A stretch of 64,000 nt of DNA from Polyangiaceae bacterium (GTDB lineage: Bacteria; Myxococcota_A; Polyangia; Polyangiales; Polyangiaceae), in the NCBI GenBank assembly GCA_044376115.1, contig JBILLK010000002.1, positions 352,001-416,000 on the forward strand, written 5' to 3'. Position numbers and translations under genes: made by a program. The notes beneath the pieces are model-generated. The model had not been told where the DNA came from. It searched no databases and worked only from the letters and a program-made list of their open reading frames with translations. Below, piece after piece: positions 49,335-59,391 of the stretch. Each line of letters begins with the position of its first letter. Within the stretch, counting starts at the first letter, position 1.

Positions 49335-49759
49335 GCCTTGGTCTTTCCTAGTTTCAAGATCAGGTCGAAGTGGCTCTTTTCAACGGGGACAACCGATAGC
49401 CGCGAGCGTTTGAGCAGCTGCATCTCCGACAAATCAGGCTCGCTTTTGATCAGATCGAGTGCGACGGCGAGCTTGAGCGGCTTGTGAGGAGCCACGTCGA
49501 CCACCGACCAATCCTCACCGGGAGCGGTAGGGTCGGGGTAGGCCGCACGGACCACTCGGGCGATGCCGACCACGTCTTTCCCTTCATTCGAGTGGTAGAA
49601 AAGGCAAAGATCGCCCTCTCTCATCGCTCGGAGGTTGTTTCTCGCCTCAAAGTTTCGGACGCCATCCCAGAGGGTCCGTCCGTCCTTCTCGAGCTGGGCC
49701 CAGGAGTACTTGAACGGTTCGCTCTTGATGAGCCAGTGCTGCACAGGAGCCTTCGGCAC
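49331..49759 (-). CDS. EVE domain protein
   Basis: WLIKSEP, WDGVRN..ARN, FYHS, RLSV.PV; start approximate. Confidence 0.92.
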   Translation of the reverse strand: MPKAPVQHWLIKSEPFKYSWAQLEKDGRTLWDGVRNFEARNNLRAMREGDLCLFYHSNEGKDVVGIARVVRAAYPDPTAPGEDWSVVDVAPHKPLKLAVALDLIKSEPDLSEMQLLKRSRLSVVPVEKSHFDLILKLGKTKA

Positions 49760-49880
49760 GGGCAACACCCTATTCCGCCAGAGGCGGATGCAGCAACAAG
49801 AATGACTCAATCAAAGTTATGTCGCCGGTGCTGTCACACTTGGCGGAGGTCCGCCGATGTGATGGAGAGTGCAAGCCTTC

Positions 49881-50903
49881 ATGTCTGTCCCCATCGATGA
49901 AACTCGTCGGCGCGTGCTCGGGTCGGCCGAGATTCGTCGAGCGCTAACGGACTTCGTACGGAAGCGCGTCGCGCCCTCCGACGTCGATGACGTGGTCCAA
50001 ATGGTGCTCCTCGACGCGTTGGCATCGACTACGGCGCCGGAGAACCGGGAAGAACTACGCAAATGGTTGATGGGCGTCGCGCGCAATAAGATCGCCGATC
50101 TCCACCGCAAAGGGTCTCGGGAACGGCCTGCTGAGCTGCCGGAGATCGAGGTATCGCCACCTCCGGTCGAAGAGCAGGAGCTGGTACGCTGGGCCGAGCG
50201 CGAAGCGGGGAAGTCCTCGAAGGACGGAGTGAAGACGCTGGCGTGGATGGCGCGGGAGGGCGAGGGGGACAAGCTCGAGCACATCGCGGCCGAGGAGCAA
50301 TTGCCCGCGGCGACCGTTCGCCAACGCGTCTCGCGCATGCGCCGATTCATGCGGGAACGCTGGCTCGCAGAGGTTGCGGCGGTCGCTCTCTTGGGCGGGC
50401 TAGGCTTCCTCCTTTACCGCACCTTCTCAACCCCGGATCCGATCGCCGAGAAGGAGCCTCAGATCGTGGAAGAGCCGAGGAGCGCAGAGCCCATGCCGGT
50501 CGAGCCGTCGCGGCTGGAGCGCGCTGCACGGCTGCGTCAGACCGGCTTGCAGGCCTGTGCGGACGGCGATTTCAACAGCTGCGAGAAGTCGCTCGACGAA
50601 GCGCAGCGGCTCGATCCAAGCGGTGAGAACAGCCCCGAGGTGAGAGCGGCTCGAGACACGCTGCAGAAGCGCACCGTCGTTCCCAGCAGCTCGGCTGCAC
50701 CGGTGCCGGCGCCGTCAAGCTCGGTTGCTCCGCTGGCTGTGCCTTCGAGTACGGCCGCCATTCCGAAGTCAACCAGCTTCACCCCCCTCTCCAAACCCAC
50801 CGCGAAGCCGATGGAGACATCGCCGAGCAAGGCCCCGGGCAAGCCCAAAGCAAGTCCGAAGATGCCCTCGTCGTTCGGCAGTGACTTCAACTCGACGAAG
50901 TGA
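49881..50903 (+). CDS. ECF-type sigma factor fused to a TM helix and an extracytoplasmic TPR/Pro-rich tail
   Basis: Sigma2-like DVDDVVQ..WLMGVARNKIAD, sigma4-like HIAAEEQLPAATVRQRVSR, followed by a TM helix. Confidence 0.8.
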   Translation: MSVPIDETRRRVLGSAEIRRALTDFVRKRVAPSDVDDVVQMVLLDALASTTAPENREELRKWLMGVARNKIADLHRKGSRERPAELPEIEVSPPPVEEQELVRWAEREAGKSSKDGVKTLAWMAREGEGDKLEHIAAEEQLPAATVRQRVSRMRRFMRERWLAEVAAVALLGGLGFLLYRTFSTPDPIAEKEPQIVEEPRSAEPMPVEPSRLERAARLRQTGLQACADGDFNSCEKSLDEAQRLDPSGENSPEVRAARDTLQKRTVVPSSSAAPVPAPSSSVAPLAVPSSTAAIPKSTSFTPLSKPTAKPMETSPSKAPGKPKASPKMPSSFGSDFNSTK

Positions 50904-50911
50904 CCTCGACG

Positions 50912-53900
50912 TTACTTCGCCGCAGCCAACGCTGCCTCGGAGGCGATTCGCTTCTTCTCCTCCGTGGAGACCTCCGGGTCCCGCAGCTTCTTGAGCACGT
51001 TGCACAGCTGACCCAAGTCACCCCCTTCGCTCGGACAAATCAGCGCAAAGTCGGCTGCGTTGGCCTCCAGCTCGATCTTCTCGTCGTTCAGGATGCGCGC
51101 CGCATGATCGAGGAACAAGGCCGCCGGCAATTGCGCCAAGGAGCGACGATGGCGCTCCATGAACCCGGCGTTGCCGGGGAAAAGCTTCGCTAGCTTGGGC
51201 TCACTGCGGCTCGCACTGAGCGCCGCCGCAACCACGCCCGCTTGCAGTTCACGCGAGGGATCGCCCACGGTGATCAGCTCATCCCGCAGCTCGCCCAGAT
51301 TGTTGCTCAGGGTCTCTGCGCTCTCCCCGAGCTCGCAGTTGAGGCGCGCCGACATCAAATCGGCACGGTGCGTGGTGCTCTTCGTGGTTTGCAGCGCGTT
51401 CTTCAGCGCAGCGCGTACCCCCGGCGCGCAATGCCCAGGATGGCGCAGCCGCGTAAGCAGAACCCAAGCATCGTAGCGTTTGCCGCGTTTCTGCAGGTCC
51501 ACGGCCGCAGAGAGCAGCCGGTCTTGATCGTAGTCCCCAGTGAAGGCTTTGCGCATGAACGCGTCGGTCAGCCCGTGTTCGCACTCGGCGGCGCGCTTAC
51601 CGTCTTTGAGCAAAGGATGAGCGGTGGTCGCGTCAGCCGCTCGCAGCGCGATGGCGCGGCTGTACTCCGAGCAGGTCGGCTGGACGAAGGCTTGCTTGTC
51701 GAGCTTGGTGCCGACGCACTTCATGCCCGAGGTCGAAAGTAGGAAGGTCTTTCGAGCTCGCGCGATGACCTCGGTGATCCCCGGAACGCTCGCGAGCGCG
51801 TCGGGCGTACTATCGAAGGACTCCTCGATGCTCTCGCGGCTGGCATTGGCTTCGAGTTGGCCGCGCGCGACCTGCAATAAGTCCCCGGCCAGGAGCGGCC
51901 GCTCGCGTTCGATCGCGAGTTGCGCCAAGACCGCGAAGGTCACCAAGCCGTCGACCGCGAAGGTGGACGACTCGCCAGTCACGTTTGGCTCGTAGAAGGC
52001 CGTGCGGGTGAGCACCGTACCGAGGGCTCGCATGGCCGCCTCTTCTCCACGCTCCAGATCGTTGTCCATGAAGTGAAGCACCGCCAAGAGAGCGTTGGCC
52101 TGCACGAAATAGCGAGCACTACCGTCGCGCGCGGGCTTGCTGTCGGCGGATTCAACGGTCACGTCGAGTTCGAATTTGTCCTCTTCGATCGACGAGAAGC
52201 CTGAGCCCACATTGAAGCCCGAGCCGTTGAGCACGAGAGGGGAGGCCAGGTCGAGGCTCAGCGCGATGTTCGAGGCGCGGTGCCCCGACGCGTGCTGAAA
52301 CACGTAGGAGACGTGCGGCACGTTGAAACGAAGTGGATCGGAGTTCGTCAGCATGCGGTCGAGCGCGAGCCGTGCACCGCCACGGTCCCCCGACTTCAGC
52401 TGCTGCAGCGCTCCAAGCACGCCGCTTACGGTCTCAACACTGACGTTGGCGCATTGGTCCGACGCAAGGCGCTTGAGGTCCTGCTCGAAGGCCAGCGGGC
52501 CTGAGGCTCCTGGCGCAACTTTGACCCGGCCACGCGAGTAGCGCATGAAATCGAGGAGCCAGGCCGCTTCGCCTTGATACTTGCGCGAGCTAGCGATGGC
52601 TTCCTCGGGCACACCTTCATCGTTCATTGCCCCAGCAACGGTGCTGGCAACCAAGACCAGATCGGCCTCGGTCTTCTTGCCCTGCTTGTACAGATCCTCC
52701 GCGACTTGGGTGAACCTCGATATCGACGAAGGGACGGCCGAGCCCGCTCCCCACGCTCGCGCGAAATCCACCATCAACCCGGCGAGCACCGAAGTTTCAG
52801 GCCCCCACAGCGAGCCGACGCCGTTGAACAAGAGCGCCACATCCGCCTGTCCTTTCCCTCGAAAGTAGCCCGTCCCCGACTCGAAGTAGCCGCGAACCAA
52901 ACGCTGGAATGCGCCCGCGGCAGGCCCCACGAACGGGGAAAGGTCGAAGGTCGCGAGAGCCCGTTCGGTGGTCACGCGAGCGTCCGCCTCGCTGACGAAG
53001 AACTTCGTCAGCGTGTCCGGATCGAAGCTCGAGGCGGTTGTCGCCTTGGGCTTCGCCTTGCCTTTGGGTGCCGGTTGCTGGCTAGCCGCAGCGATATCGA
53101 TTGCGTCGGAGAGCAGGATCGTAAGCAGCCGCGCGCGCACCGCCCAACCGCCCTCGCCCGACAAACTAGCGTGGCTAAGTACGGCCTTGCGCTGATCCCG
53201 GAGCTTCGCGAGGGCGCGTTGCAGCTTGGGATCTGCGGGCGCATCGTCGGCGCAAACGTCAGCGGCTGGCGGCGCGGTGAACGTCTTGTGCAAGCTATAG
53301 GCGACGGCTGCAGCGACGTTGTCCACGAAGCCAGCGAGTTCTGCCACTGCCGTTGGGTCCGCCGGAGCCTGCGAATGAAGCTTGGAAATGGCTCGTATGA
53401 GGGCGGCGCGCGCCTCCTTGCGCCCAGGCAGCGGCGCGTCTTTTTGCTCGAGATGGATGGCCCCGAGCGAGCCCGTCTGCGCCAATACACCATAACGAAA
53501 GAGCGCTGCTGCAAGCGAAGCGAGGCCAGCCTCCGGCAGGTTAGGGTCCTGCTCGAGGGCGCGCGTAATCGCAGCGAGGGATGCCTGCGGATCTGCGGCA
53601 TAGCCCGAGAAGGCTCGGTAAAGCAGCTCCACGGTGTGCGCCCCCGCGGCCCAGAAGCCGACCTCGCTACTCAGGTCCCCACGCAATCGCGCAACGTACG
53701 AGCTTGCCAGCGAGCCCACATAGCCCTCGCGCACCACCGGGGGCATGTTCATGCTGATTAGCCCCCCCATCATCGCAACGCGGAGCAGCTCGCTCGCGTC
53801 CTTGGCCTCGGCGACCGAATCCGAAGAGCTGCGCTCGGCCAACGCCTTGAGTTCGGGCGCCAACACCGGATCGAGAAAGGCGCCTGGACTCCCGACGAAG

Positions 53901-55207
53901 CTGAGTTGGTTTACACTTACGCGCCCCGGCATTTCTTGTGCAAGCCGCTGCAATGCTTCGATGTGCTTCTTGGCGAGTTCGGTGACACGACGGTGCGCAG
54001 CAACGCCTGAGCGCTTCATACCGACGAAACCACCTCGCTCACTGAGCAGCACTGGCAGCGTGTAAAATGCGAGGCCCTCGCGCTCGCTCAATTCGACAAG
54101 TGCGCCGTAGCTCTTGTCCCAATCGGCCAGAGGCAGCTTGCCCGCTCGCTCCCGAGAGCCTTCGCGCGCGAGCAGCGTCGGCAGGAAGTGCGCGAGACCA
54201 ACATCAGCGGGCTTGGTAAAGGTGAGCGCCTCTGTTGGCGGGCAGCCCTTTGCCTCGACGCGATAACGACGCTCGAACCAAGCGCCGTTGGGTCCGCCGC
54301 CGAGCGACTGCACCGCGGCGCGGACGCGCTCGTCGCTCCCTTCCGTGTGCTTGGCCTCGCCCGAAAAACGCAGCAGCTCGTAGTAGGGGCTCCCCGCTTT
54401 GTTGGGCCAGGGTTCATTGGGCTGCGTCGGTGTAGAGTCGTCGGTCAAAGAGACGCGTGAGAGATTGACAGCGGCCAGTGCCATGTTGGCGCGCAGCTTC
54501 GAAAGCTCCCACGGCGCCAGTTCACGGCTCGCCTGTTCGAGCTTATCGACCGCGCGCGCAGCCGCGACATAGTCGAACTTCGAGGCTGCCGCCAACGTCT
54601 CGCGCAGCGCTTCCTCCACGGCTTTTTCGGTCTGCCAATCGGGGGCCACAGCGCTTGTTGCGTACGGTAAGGCGCCGCCCGCAAAGGTGCGGATCGGGTC
54701 GCGCCCGTAGTAACGAGTGACCGAGGAATCCGGCTCGATCACCGCGAGCACGTGAGTCTTGGATACGTCGGCCAGCGCGACGAACACAGCCGGGTCCTCG
54801 CTGCCGAGATCCGCTTCAACAGCTTTGACGCCCTGCGGAAGGCTTCGGGTTTGACCGGCGTTCTTCGTGAGCAGCACGACTGGCGCAGGGTTCTCCGCAA
54901 GCGAGCCGAGCAGCTGCTTGAGCTGGGGACGCCCTTGGTTCGCGCGCTCCGCTGCGAGTGCTTCCAATAGCTCGCGTGGGTCGTCGCCTGCGAGCAGCGC
55001 CCGCGCGATGGCCTCTTCACAGCGCGCCCCCGCGGCGGAACACGCGTTGGCACCCGGGACCGCGGGACGAAGATCGCCTTCGCGCACACACGCAACCAAA
55101 AGCGTCGGCGCAAGCAGCAGCGTCACAAGGGCAGTTCGAGGGCCGAATGCGGGGCGGAAGGATTGTGTCGGCGACATCGGCGGAGCATACGATTCCGTGA
55201 TAGGCAT
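50912..55207 (-). CDS. Large hypothetical lipoprotein (~1430 aa, mostly helical)
   Basis: Long uninterrupted ORF, LLVAC lipobox; start may be the second Met (~55177). Confidence 0.8.
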   Translation of the reverse strand: MPITESYAPPMSPTQSFRPAFGPRTALVTLLLAPTLLVACVREGDLRPAVPGANACSAAGARCEEAIARALLAGDDPRELLEALAAERANQGRPQLKQLLGSLAENPAPVVLLTKNAGQTRSLPQGVKAVEADLGSEDPAVFVALADVSKTHVLAVIEPDSSVTRYYGRDPIRTFAGGALPYATSAVAPDWQTEKAVEEALRETLAAASKFDYVAAARAVDKLEQASRELAPWELSKLRANMALAAVNLSRVSLTDDSTPTQPNEPWPNKAGSPYYELLRFSGEAKHTEGSDERVRAAVQSLGGGPNGAWFERRYRVEAKGCPPTEALTFTKPADVGLAHFLPTLLAREGSRERAGKLPLADWDKSYGALVELSEREGLAFYTLPVLLSERGGFVGMKRSGVAAHRRVTELAKKHIEALQRLAQEMPGRVSVNQLSFVGSPGAFLDPVLAPELKALAERSSSDSVAEAKDASELLRVAMMGGLISMNMPPVVREGYVGSLASSYVARLRGDLSSEVGFWAAGAHTVELLYRAFSGYAADPQASLAAITRALEQDPNLPEAGLASLAAALFRYGVLAQTGSLGAIHLEQKDAPLPGRKEARAALIRAISKLHSQAPADPTAVAELAGFVDNVAAAVAYSLHKTFTAPPAADVCADDAPADPKLQRALAKLRDQRKAVLSHASLSGEGGWAVRARLLTILLSDAIDIAAASQQPAPKGKAKPKATTASSFDPDTLTKFFVSEADARVTTERALATFDLSPFVGPAAGAFQRLVRGYFESGTGYFRGKGQADVALLFNGVGSLWGPETSVLAGLMVDFARAWGAGSAVPSSISRFTQVAEDLYKQGKKTEADLVLVASTVAGAMNDEGVPEEAIASSRKYQGEAAWLLDFMRYSRGRVKVAPGASGPLAFEQDLKRLASDQCANVSVETVSGVLGALQQLKSGDRGGARLALDRMLTNSDPLRFNVPHVSYVFQHASGHRASNIALSLDLASPLVLNGSGFNVGSGFSSIEEDKFELDVTVESADSKPARDGSARYFVQANALLAVLHFMDNDLERGEEAAMRALGTVLTRTAFYEPNVTGESSTFAVDGLVTFAVLAQLAIERERPLLAGDLLQVARGQLEANASRESIEESFDSTPDALASVPGITEVIARARKTFLLSTSGMKCVGTKLDKQAFVQPTCSEYSRAIALRAADATTAHPLLKDGKRAAECEHGLTDAFMRKAFTGDYDQDRLLSAAVDLQKRGKRYDAWVLLTRLRHPGHCAPGVRAALKNALQTTKSTTHRADLMSARLNCELGESAETLSNNLGELRDELITVGDPSRELQAGVVAAALSASRSEPKLAKLFPGNAGFMERHRRSLAQLPAALFLDHAARILNDEKIELEANAADFALICPSEGGDLGQLCNVLKKLRDPEVSTEEKKRIASEAALAAAK

Positions 55208-55212
55208 GTCGC

Positions 55213-57504
55213 GTGGACAAGCGAGTCACACCGGCTTTCGCTCTGGCTCTCCTGGTTGCTGGCTGCAGCGTTCAATCAGACAACGGCGAGTTCTTCGGCA
55301 CGCAAGATCGCTTTGGCAAAGACCCTCAAACCCTGTTTGTGAACGCCGGTGGCGAGCCCGAGTACATCGACCCTGGTAAGGCTCACGACAGCGTAAGTTC
55401 GAAGCTCGTTCAGCATCTATTTGAAGGGCTCGCTTCGTTTGGGCCGGACGCAGAACCTGTGCCGGGCGTGGCCGAGAGCTACCAGCGCTCAGCGGACAAC
55501 CTCTACTTTCGTTTCCAGCTGCGCAAAGACGCCGCGTGGTCGGATGGCAAGCCGGTAACCGCGCACGATTTTGAATACGCCTGGAAGCGAGTACTCGAGC
55601 CAGCGACCGCATCGCAGGCGTCGCCCAACGTCTACTTCTTGCGCAACGGAGAGCTCTTCAATCAAGGCAAGCTGCTGCGCGCTCGCGAGGCCGTGCCGGT
55701 GTATGAAGCCCCAAACGCGCAGAGCCAAGCCAGCTCGACGCTCGAGAAGGGCGCCATCGTGCTCGTGCTCGGTCGTACGCCGGTGAAGGTGGATTCGCAG
55801 ATCGCCCCGCTCACCGACATCCCTGACGGCCTCGAGTCGATCGGCTACGACGCCGCCAATCCGAAGAAGAAGACGGCCGAGAAGCTGGTGCAGATCTTCG
55901 CCAACGAGACGCGGGCCGTCGCTCCGTCTCCCGGCGCCCTGCCCGTGGGCGACTACAACCTCGTGCGGGTCCGAGCGCCAGTGATCTGCAACGGAGACAA
56001 GGACTACTTCTTCGAGTTAGCGGGGGAGGACGGCAAACCCGTGGGCGTGCTTCCCGGGTGCATGCTCAAACCAAGCGCCGCCAAGCAGAGCAAGGCTTTG
56101 ATCGCCAAGTGGGACTCTGCGCCCACCTTCGATCCCAAGGCGCGCGCCCAGCCAGCGCCCTTACCCACGCCCTTGGGCTTTGCGTCCGAGGAGAACCTCA
56201 TCTCCGATACGTCGATGTTGGGCGTGCGCGCTGTGGACGATCACACCCTGGAGGTCGAGGCGGAGTACCCCGTGCCGTACATCCTTGATCTTCTATGCGC
56301 GCCCACCACCTATCCAGTGCGCAAAGATCTCTTGGAGCCATTCAAAGAGCGGGGGGAGCCCGACCTATGGACTCGCCCAGAGACCTTCATCGGCAATGGC
56401 CCCTACATGATCGACTCGTGGAAGTTTCGCTACGAGATCCGCATGAAGCGAAACCCGCACCATCGCTACATGAACAAGCTGAAGATCCACAACATCGTGT
56501 GGATGGCCGTCGAGAGTTACGTCTCGACGATGAACCTCTACAAGGCGGGAGAACTCGACTACATCGGGGACAATAGCTCGCTGCCTCCGCCGTATCTCCC
56601 AGTGCTGCGTAAGAAGAAGGACTTCGAGCTTACCAACTACGTGGGCACGTATTGGTATGAGCTCAACACCAAAGTACCCCCGCTCGACAAGGTCGAGGTT
56701 AGGCAGGCGCTTAACCTGGCGATCGACAAACAGCAGCTCGCGGACAAGGTGCTGCGCGGCAGCCAAGCTCCAGCGACTCACTTCGTGCCCGACTTCATGG
56801 GCCAGGGCTACGCCGACTACGTCGAAGAGCTGCGCGCCAACTCGAAAGATCCGTTCGATGCCCCGGAGCTCAAGTTCAACCCGGAGCTCGCGCGCTCCCT
56901 GCTGAAGAAGGCCGGCTACAACATCGTCGAGAAGAACGGCGGCTTCGTCGCAGAGGGCGTCCCGCCGATCGAGCTGCTGTACAACACGAGTGAAGGGCAC
57001 CGCGCAGTGGCCGTCACCATTCAGGACATGTGGAAGAAGAACCTCGGCATCGAGGTACAGCTTCGAAATGAAGAATGGGGCGTGATGCTCAAGAACGTTC
57101 GCGACAAGAACTTTCAGGTGGTGCGCTTCGGTTGGATCGCCGACTTCGATCACCCGCAAACCTTCCTCGACACTTTCATGGCCAAGAGCCCGAACAACCG
57201 CACCGGCTGGAGCAACGCCAAGTACGACGCGCTCGTGCAAAGGGCGCGCTCCACCGCCGACGTCAAAGAGAGCATGCGGCTCTATCGTGAGGCGGAGGGG
57301 ATCCTCGCCGAGGAAGTGCCGAAGATTCCGCTCTACTTCTACACAAAGTCGACGTTGATCAAACCGTACGTCAAGGGCTTCCATTTCAATCGACGTAACG
57401 AGCAGCTCACCCAGTGGATGTGGCTCGACCCGAATTGGAAGAACAATTCGTCGGATGAGCCGGCCTTCCAAGTGCCGGCCTTTGCCGCCCCAGCGGCGTA
57501 CTGA
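55213..57504 (+). CDS. oppA: Oligopeptide ABC transporter substrate-binding lipoprotein with a large insertion
   Basis: VAGC lipobox, LFEGL, WSDGKPVTAHDF, GNGPY, VRQAL..AIDK, GWIADF. Confidence 0.9.
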   Translation: MDKRVTPAFALALLVAGCSVQSDNGEFFGTQDRFGKDPQTLFVNAGGEPEYIDPGKAHDSVSSKLVQHLFEGLASFGPDAEPVPGVAESYQRSADNLYFRFQLRKDAAWSDGKPVTAHDFEYAWKRVLEPATASQASPNVYFLRNGELFNQGKLLRAREAVPVYEAPNAQSQASSTLEKGAIVLVLGRTPVKVDSQIAPLTDIPDGLESIGYDAANPKKKTAEKLVQIFANETRAVAPSPGALPVGDYNLVRVRAPVICNGDKDYFFELAGEDGKPVGVLPGCMLKPSAAKQSKALIAKWDSAPTFDPKARAQPAPLPTPLGFASEENLISDTSMLGVRAVDDHTLEVEAEYPVPYILDLLCAPTTYPVRKDLLEPFKERGEPDLWTRPETFIGNGPYMIDSWKFRYEIRMKRNPHHRYMNKLKIHNIVWMAVESYVSTMNLYKAGELDYIGDNSSLPPPYLPVLRKKKDFELTNYVGTYWYELNTKVPPLDKVEVRQALNLAIDKQQLADKVLRGSQAPATHFVPDFMGQGYADYVEELRANSKDPFDAPELKFNPELARSLLKKAGYNIVEKNGGFVAEGVPPIELLYNTSEGHRAVAVTIQDMWKKNLGIEVQLRNEEWGVMLKNVRDKNFQVVRFGWIADFDHPQTFLDTFMAKSPNNRTGWSNAKYDALVQRARSTADVKESMRLYREAEGILAEEVPKIPLYFYTKSTLIKPYVKGFHFNRRNEQLTQWMWLDPNWKNNSSDEPAFQVPAFAAPAAY

Positions 57505-57510
57505 GGGCTC

Positions 57511-58434
57511 GTGTTCGCCTATATCATTCGACGCATTCTCTCGATCATCCCGACGTTGCTGCTCGTCGCAACGTTGGTGTTCGTACTGCTTCGCCTAGCG
57601 CCAGGCGGCCCCTACGATAGCGAACGAGCGCTGCCCCCCGAGGTGATGAAGAACATCCTCAAGCAGCACAAGCTCGATGACCCGCTTTGGGTGCAATACA
57701 AGGACTGGCTTGTCCGCCTGCTGACCGAGGGGTCGCTCGGCTTCAGCACCAAATATCCAAACCGCACGGTCGAAGAGCTGATCGGTATGACACTGCCGGT
57801 CTCGATGCAGCTCGGCGTGATGGCGATGCTGACTGCGCTCGCGATGGGCGTACCGCTCGGAATCATCGGCGCTGTCCGTCAAAACACCTGGAAGGACTCG
57901 CTGGCGATGGGCGCTTCGATGCTCGGCATCAGCATCCCTCGTTTCGTGCTCGCACCGCTCCTGGTGTTGGTCCTCTCGCTCAAGTTGTACTTGTTGCCGG
58001 TCGCCCGTTGGGAGACCTGGAGGCACGCCGTACTACCGGTTTTCTGCGCGGCGCTGCCGATGGCGGCCTACCTCGCGCGGCTGACACGCGCCGGCATGCT
58101 CGAGGTAATTCGCTCGGACTTCGTGCGCACCGCGCGCGCCAAGGGTCTCTCGGAACGCGTGGTGGTCCTGCGCCACAGCCTCAAGGGCGGCATGCTTCCG
58201 GTCGTCAGCTTCCTCGGGCCGGGCTTCGCCGGCATGCTCGTCGGCTCGCTGGTGATCGAGAAGATCTTCGACATACCCGGTATGGGTCGCTACCTCGTCG
58301 AGGCCGTGCTGAACAAGGACTACAACCTCGTTTCGGGGGTAGCGCTGGTGTACGGCACCCTGCTCATGGTGTCGAACGCGCTGGTCGACATCGCCTACCG
58401 CTTCCTCGACCCGCGCGTGGAGATCGACAAGTGA
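57511..58434 (+). CDS. oppB: Oligopeptide ABC permease
   Basis: LAPGGP, DFVRTARAKGL, IEKIFDIPGMG. Confidence 0.93.
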   Translation: MFAYIIRRILSIIPTLLLVATLVFVLLRLAPGGPYDSERALPPEVMKNILKQHKLDDPLWVQYKDWLVRLLTEGSLGFSTKYPNRTVEELIGMTLPVSMQLGVMAMLTALAMGVPLGIIGAVRQNTWKDSLAMGASMLGISIPRFVLAPLLVLVLSLKLYLLPVARWETWRHAVLPVFCAALPMAAYLARLTRAGMLEVIRSDFVRTARAKGLSERVVVLRHSLKGGMLPVVSFLGPGFAGMLVGSLVIEKIFDIPGMGRYLVEAVLNKDYNLVSGVALVYGTLLMVSNALVDIAYRFLDPRVEIDK

Positions 58435-59387
58435 GCGCGCCGTCTGAAGCCGTAGAGAAGGGCTCGAGCCTCTGGCGAGATGCGTGGAAACGCCTGCGCA
58501 AGAACAAGGTCGCGGTGGTCGCGGGTGTGGTGCTGCTGCTGCTCAGCATCGTCTGCATCCTTCACCCGATGTTCACCGCGCAGCCCTACGACAAGACCGA
58601 TCTGCAGCTCGGCGCCTCACCGCCTTCTGCGGCGCACTGGTTCGGTACCGATGACCACGGTCGCGATTTGATGTCGCGCGTGACCTTCGGCGGCCGCGTG
58701 TCGCTGAGCGTCGGCATCATCGCTACGTCGTTGAGCTTCATCATCGGCGTCAGCTGGGGCGGTATCGCGGGCTACTTCGGTGGTCGCGTCGACGCGTTGA
58801 TGATGCGCATCGTCGACGTGCTGTACACCTTCCCGCTGCTGATCTTCGTGATCCTGCTGACGGCCTTCTTCGCCAACCCCGACACGGTGTTCTACGAGCT
58901 GTTTCACAAGCTGCTGACGGCCCTGTACGACGACGTGAAGAACCCTCAACAGCTGTTCAAGATCGTCTTCGTGTTCGCGGCGCTCGGGTCGATGTCGTGG
59001 TTGACGATGGCTCGTATCGTCCGCGGCCAGGTGATCGCGCTGCGTGGGCAGCTCTTCGTCGAGGCGGCGCGCAGCATCGGAGTCGGCCACTTCCGTTTGA
59101 TCTTTCGCCACCTCATCCCCAACGCGCTTGGGCCGATCATCGTCTACACCACGCTCACCATCCCCGAGATCATGCTGACCGAGGCGTTCCTCTCCTTCCT
59201 CGGCCTCGGCACCGAGGAGCCGCTCTCGAGCTGGGGCGCCTTGATTTCGAACGGTGTGGAGTCGCTCGATCTTTACCCGTGGCTCACGGTCGTGCCCGGG
59301 CTCTTTCTCGCGCTGACCTTGTTCTGCTTCAACTTCCTTGGGGACGGCGTGCGGGACGCGCTCGACCCTCGCGTGCGAAAGGATTGA
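58431..59387 (+). CDS. oppC: Oligopeptide ABC permease
   Basis: HWFGTDDHGRD, FVEAARSIG, RHLIPN, GDGVRDALDP; GTG overlaps the oppB stop. Confidence 0.93.
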   Translation: MSAPSEAVEKGSSLWRDAWKRLRKNKVAVVAGVVLLLLSIVCILHPMFTAQPYDKTDLQLGASPPSAAHWFGTDDHGRDLMSRVTFGGRVSLSVGIIATSLSFIIGVSWGGIAGYFGGRVDALMMRIVDVLYTFPLLIFVILLTAFFANPDTVFYELFHKLLTALYDDVKNPQQLFKIVFVFAALGSMSWLTMARIVRGQVIALRGQLFVEAARSIGVGHFRLIFRHLIPNALGPIIVYTTLTIPEIMLTEAFLSFLGLGTEEPLSSWGALISNGVESLDLYPWLTVVPGLFLALTLFCFNFLGDGVRDALDPRVRKD

Positions 59388-59391
59388 GCGC

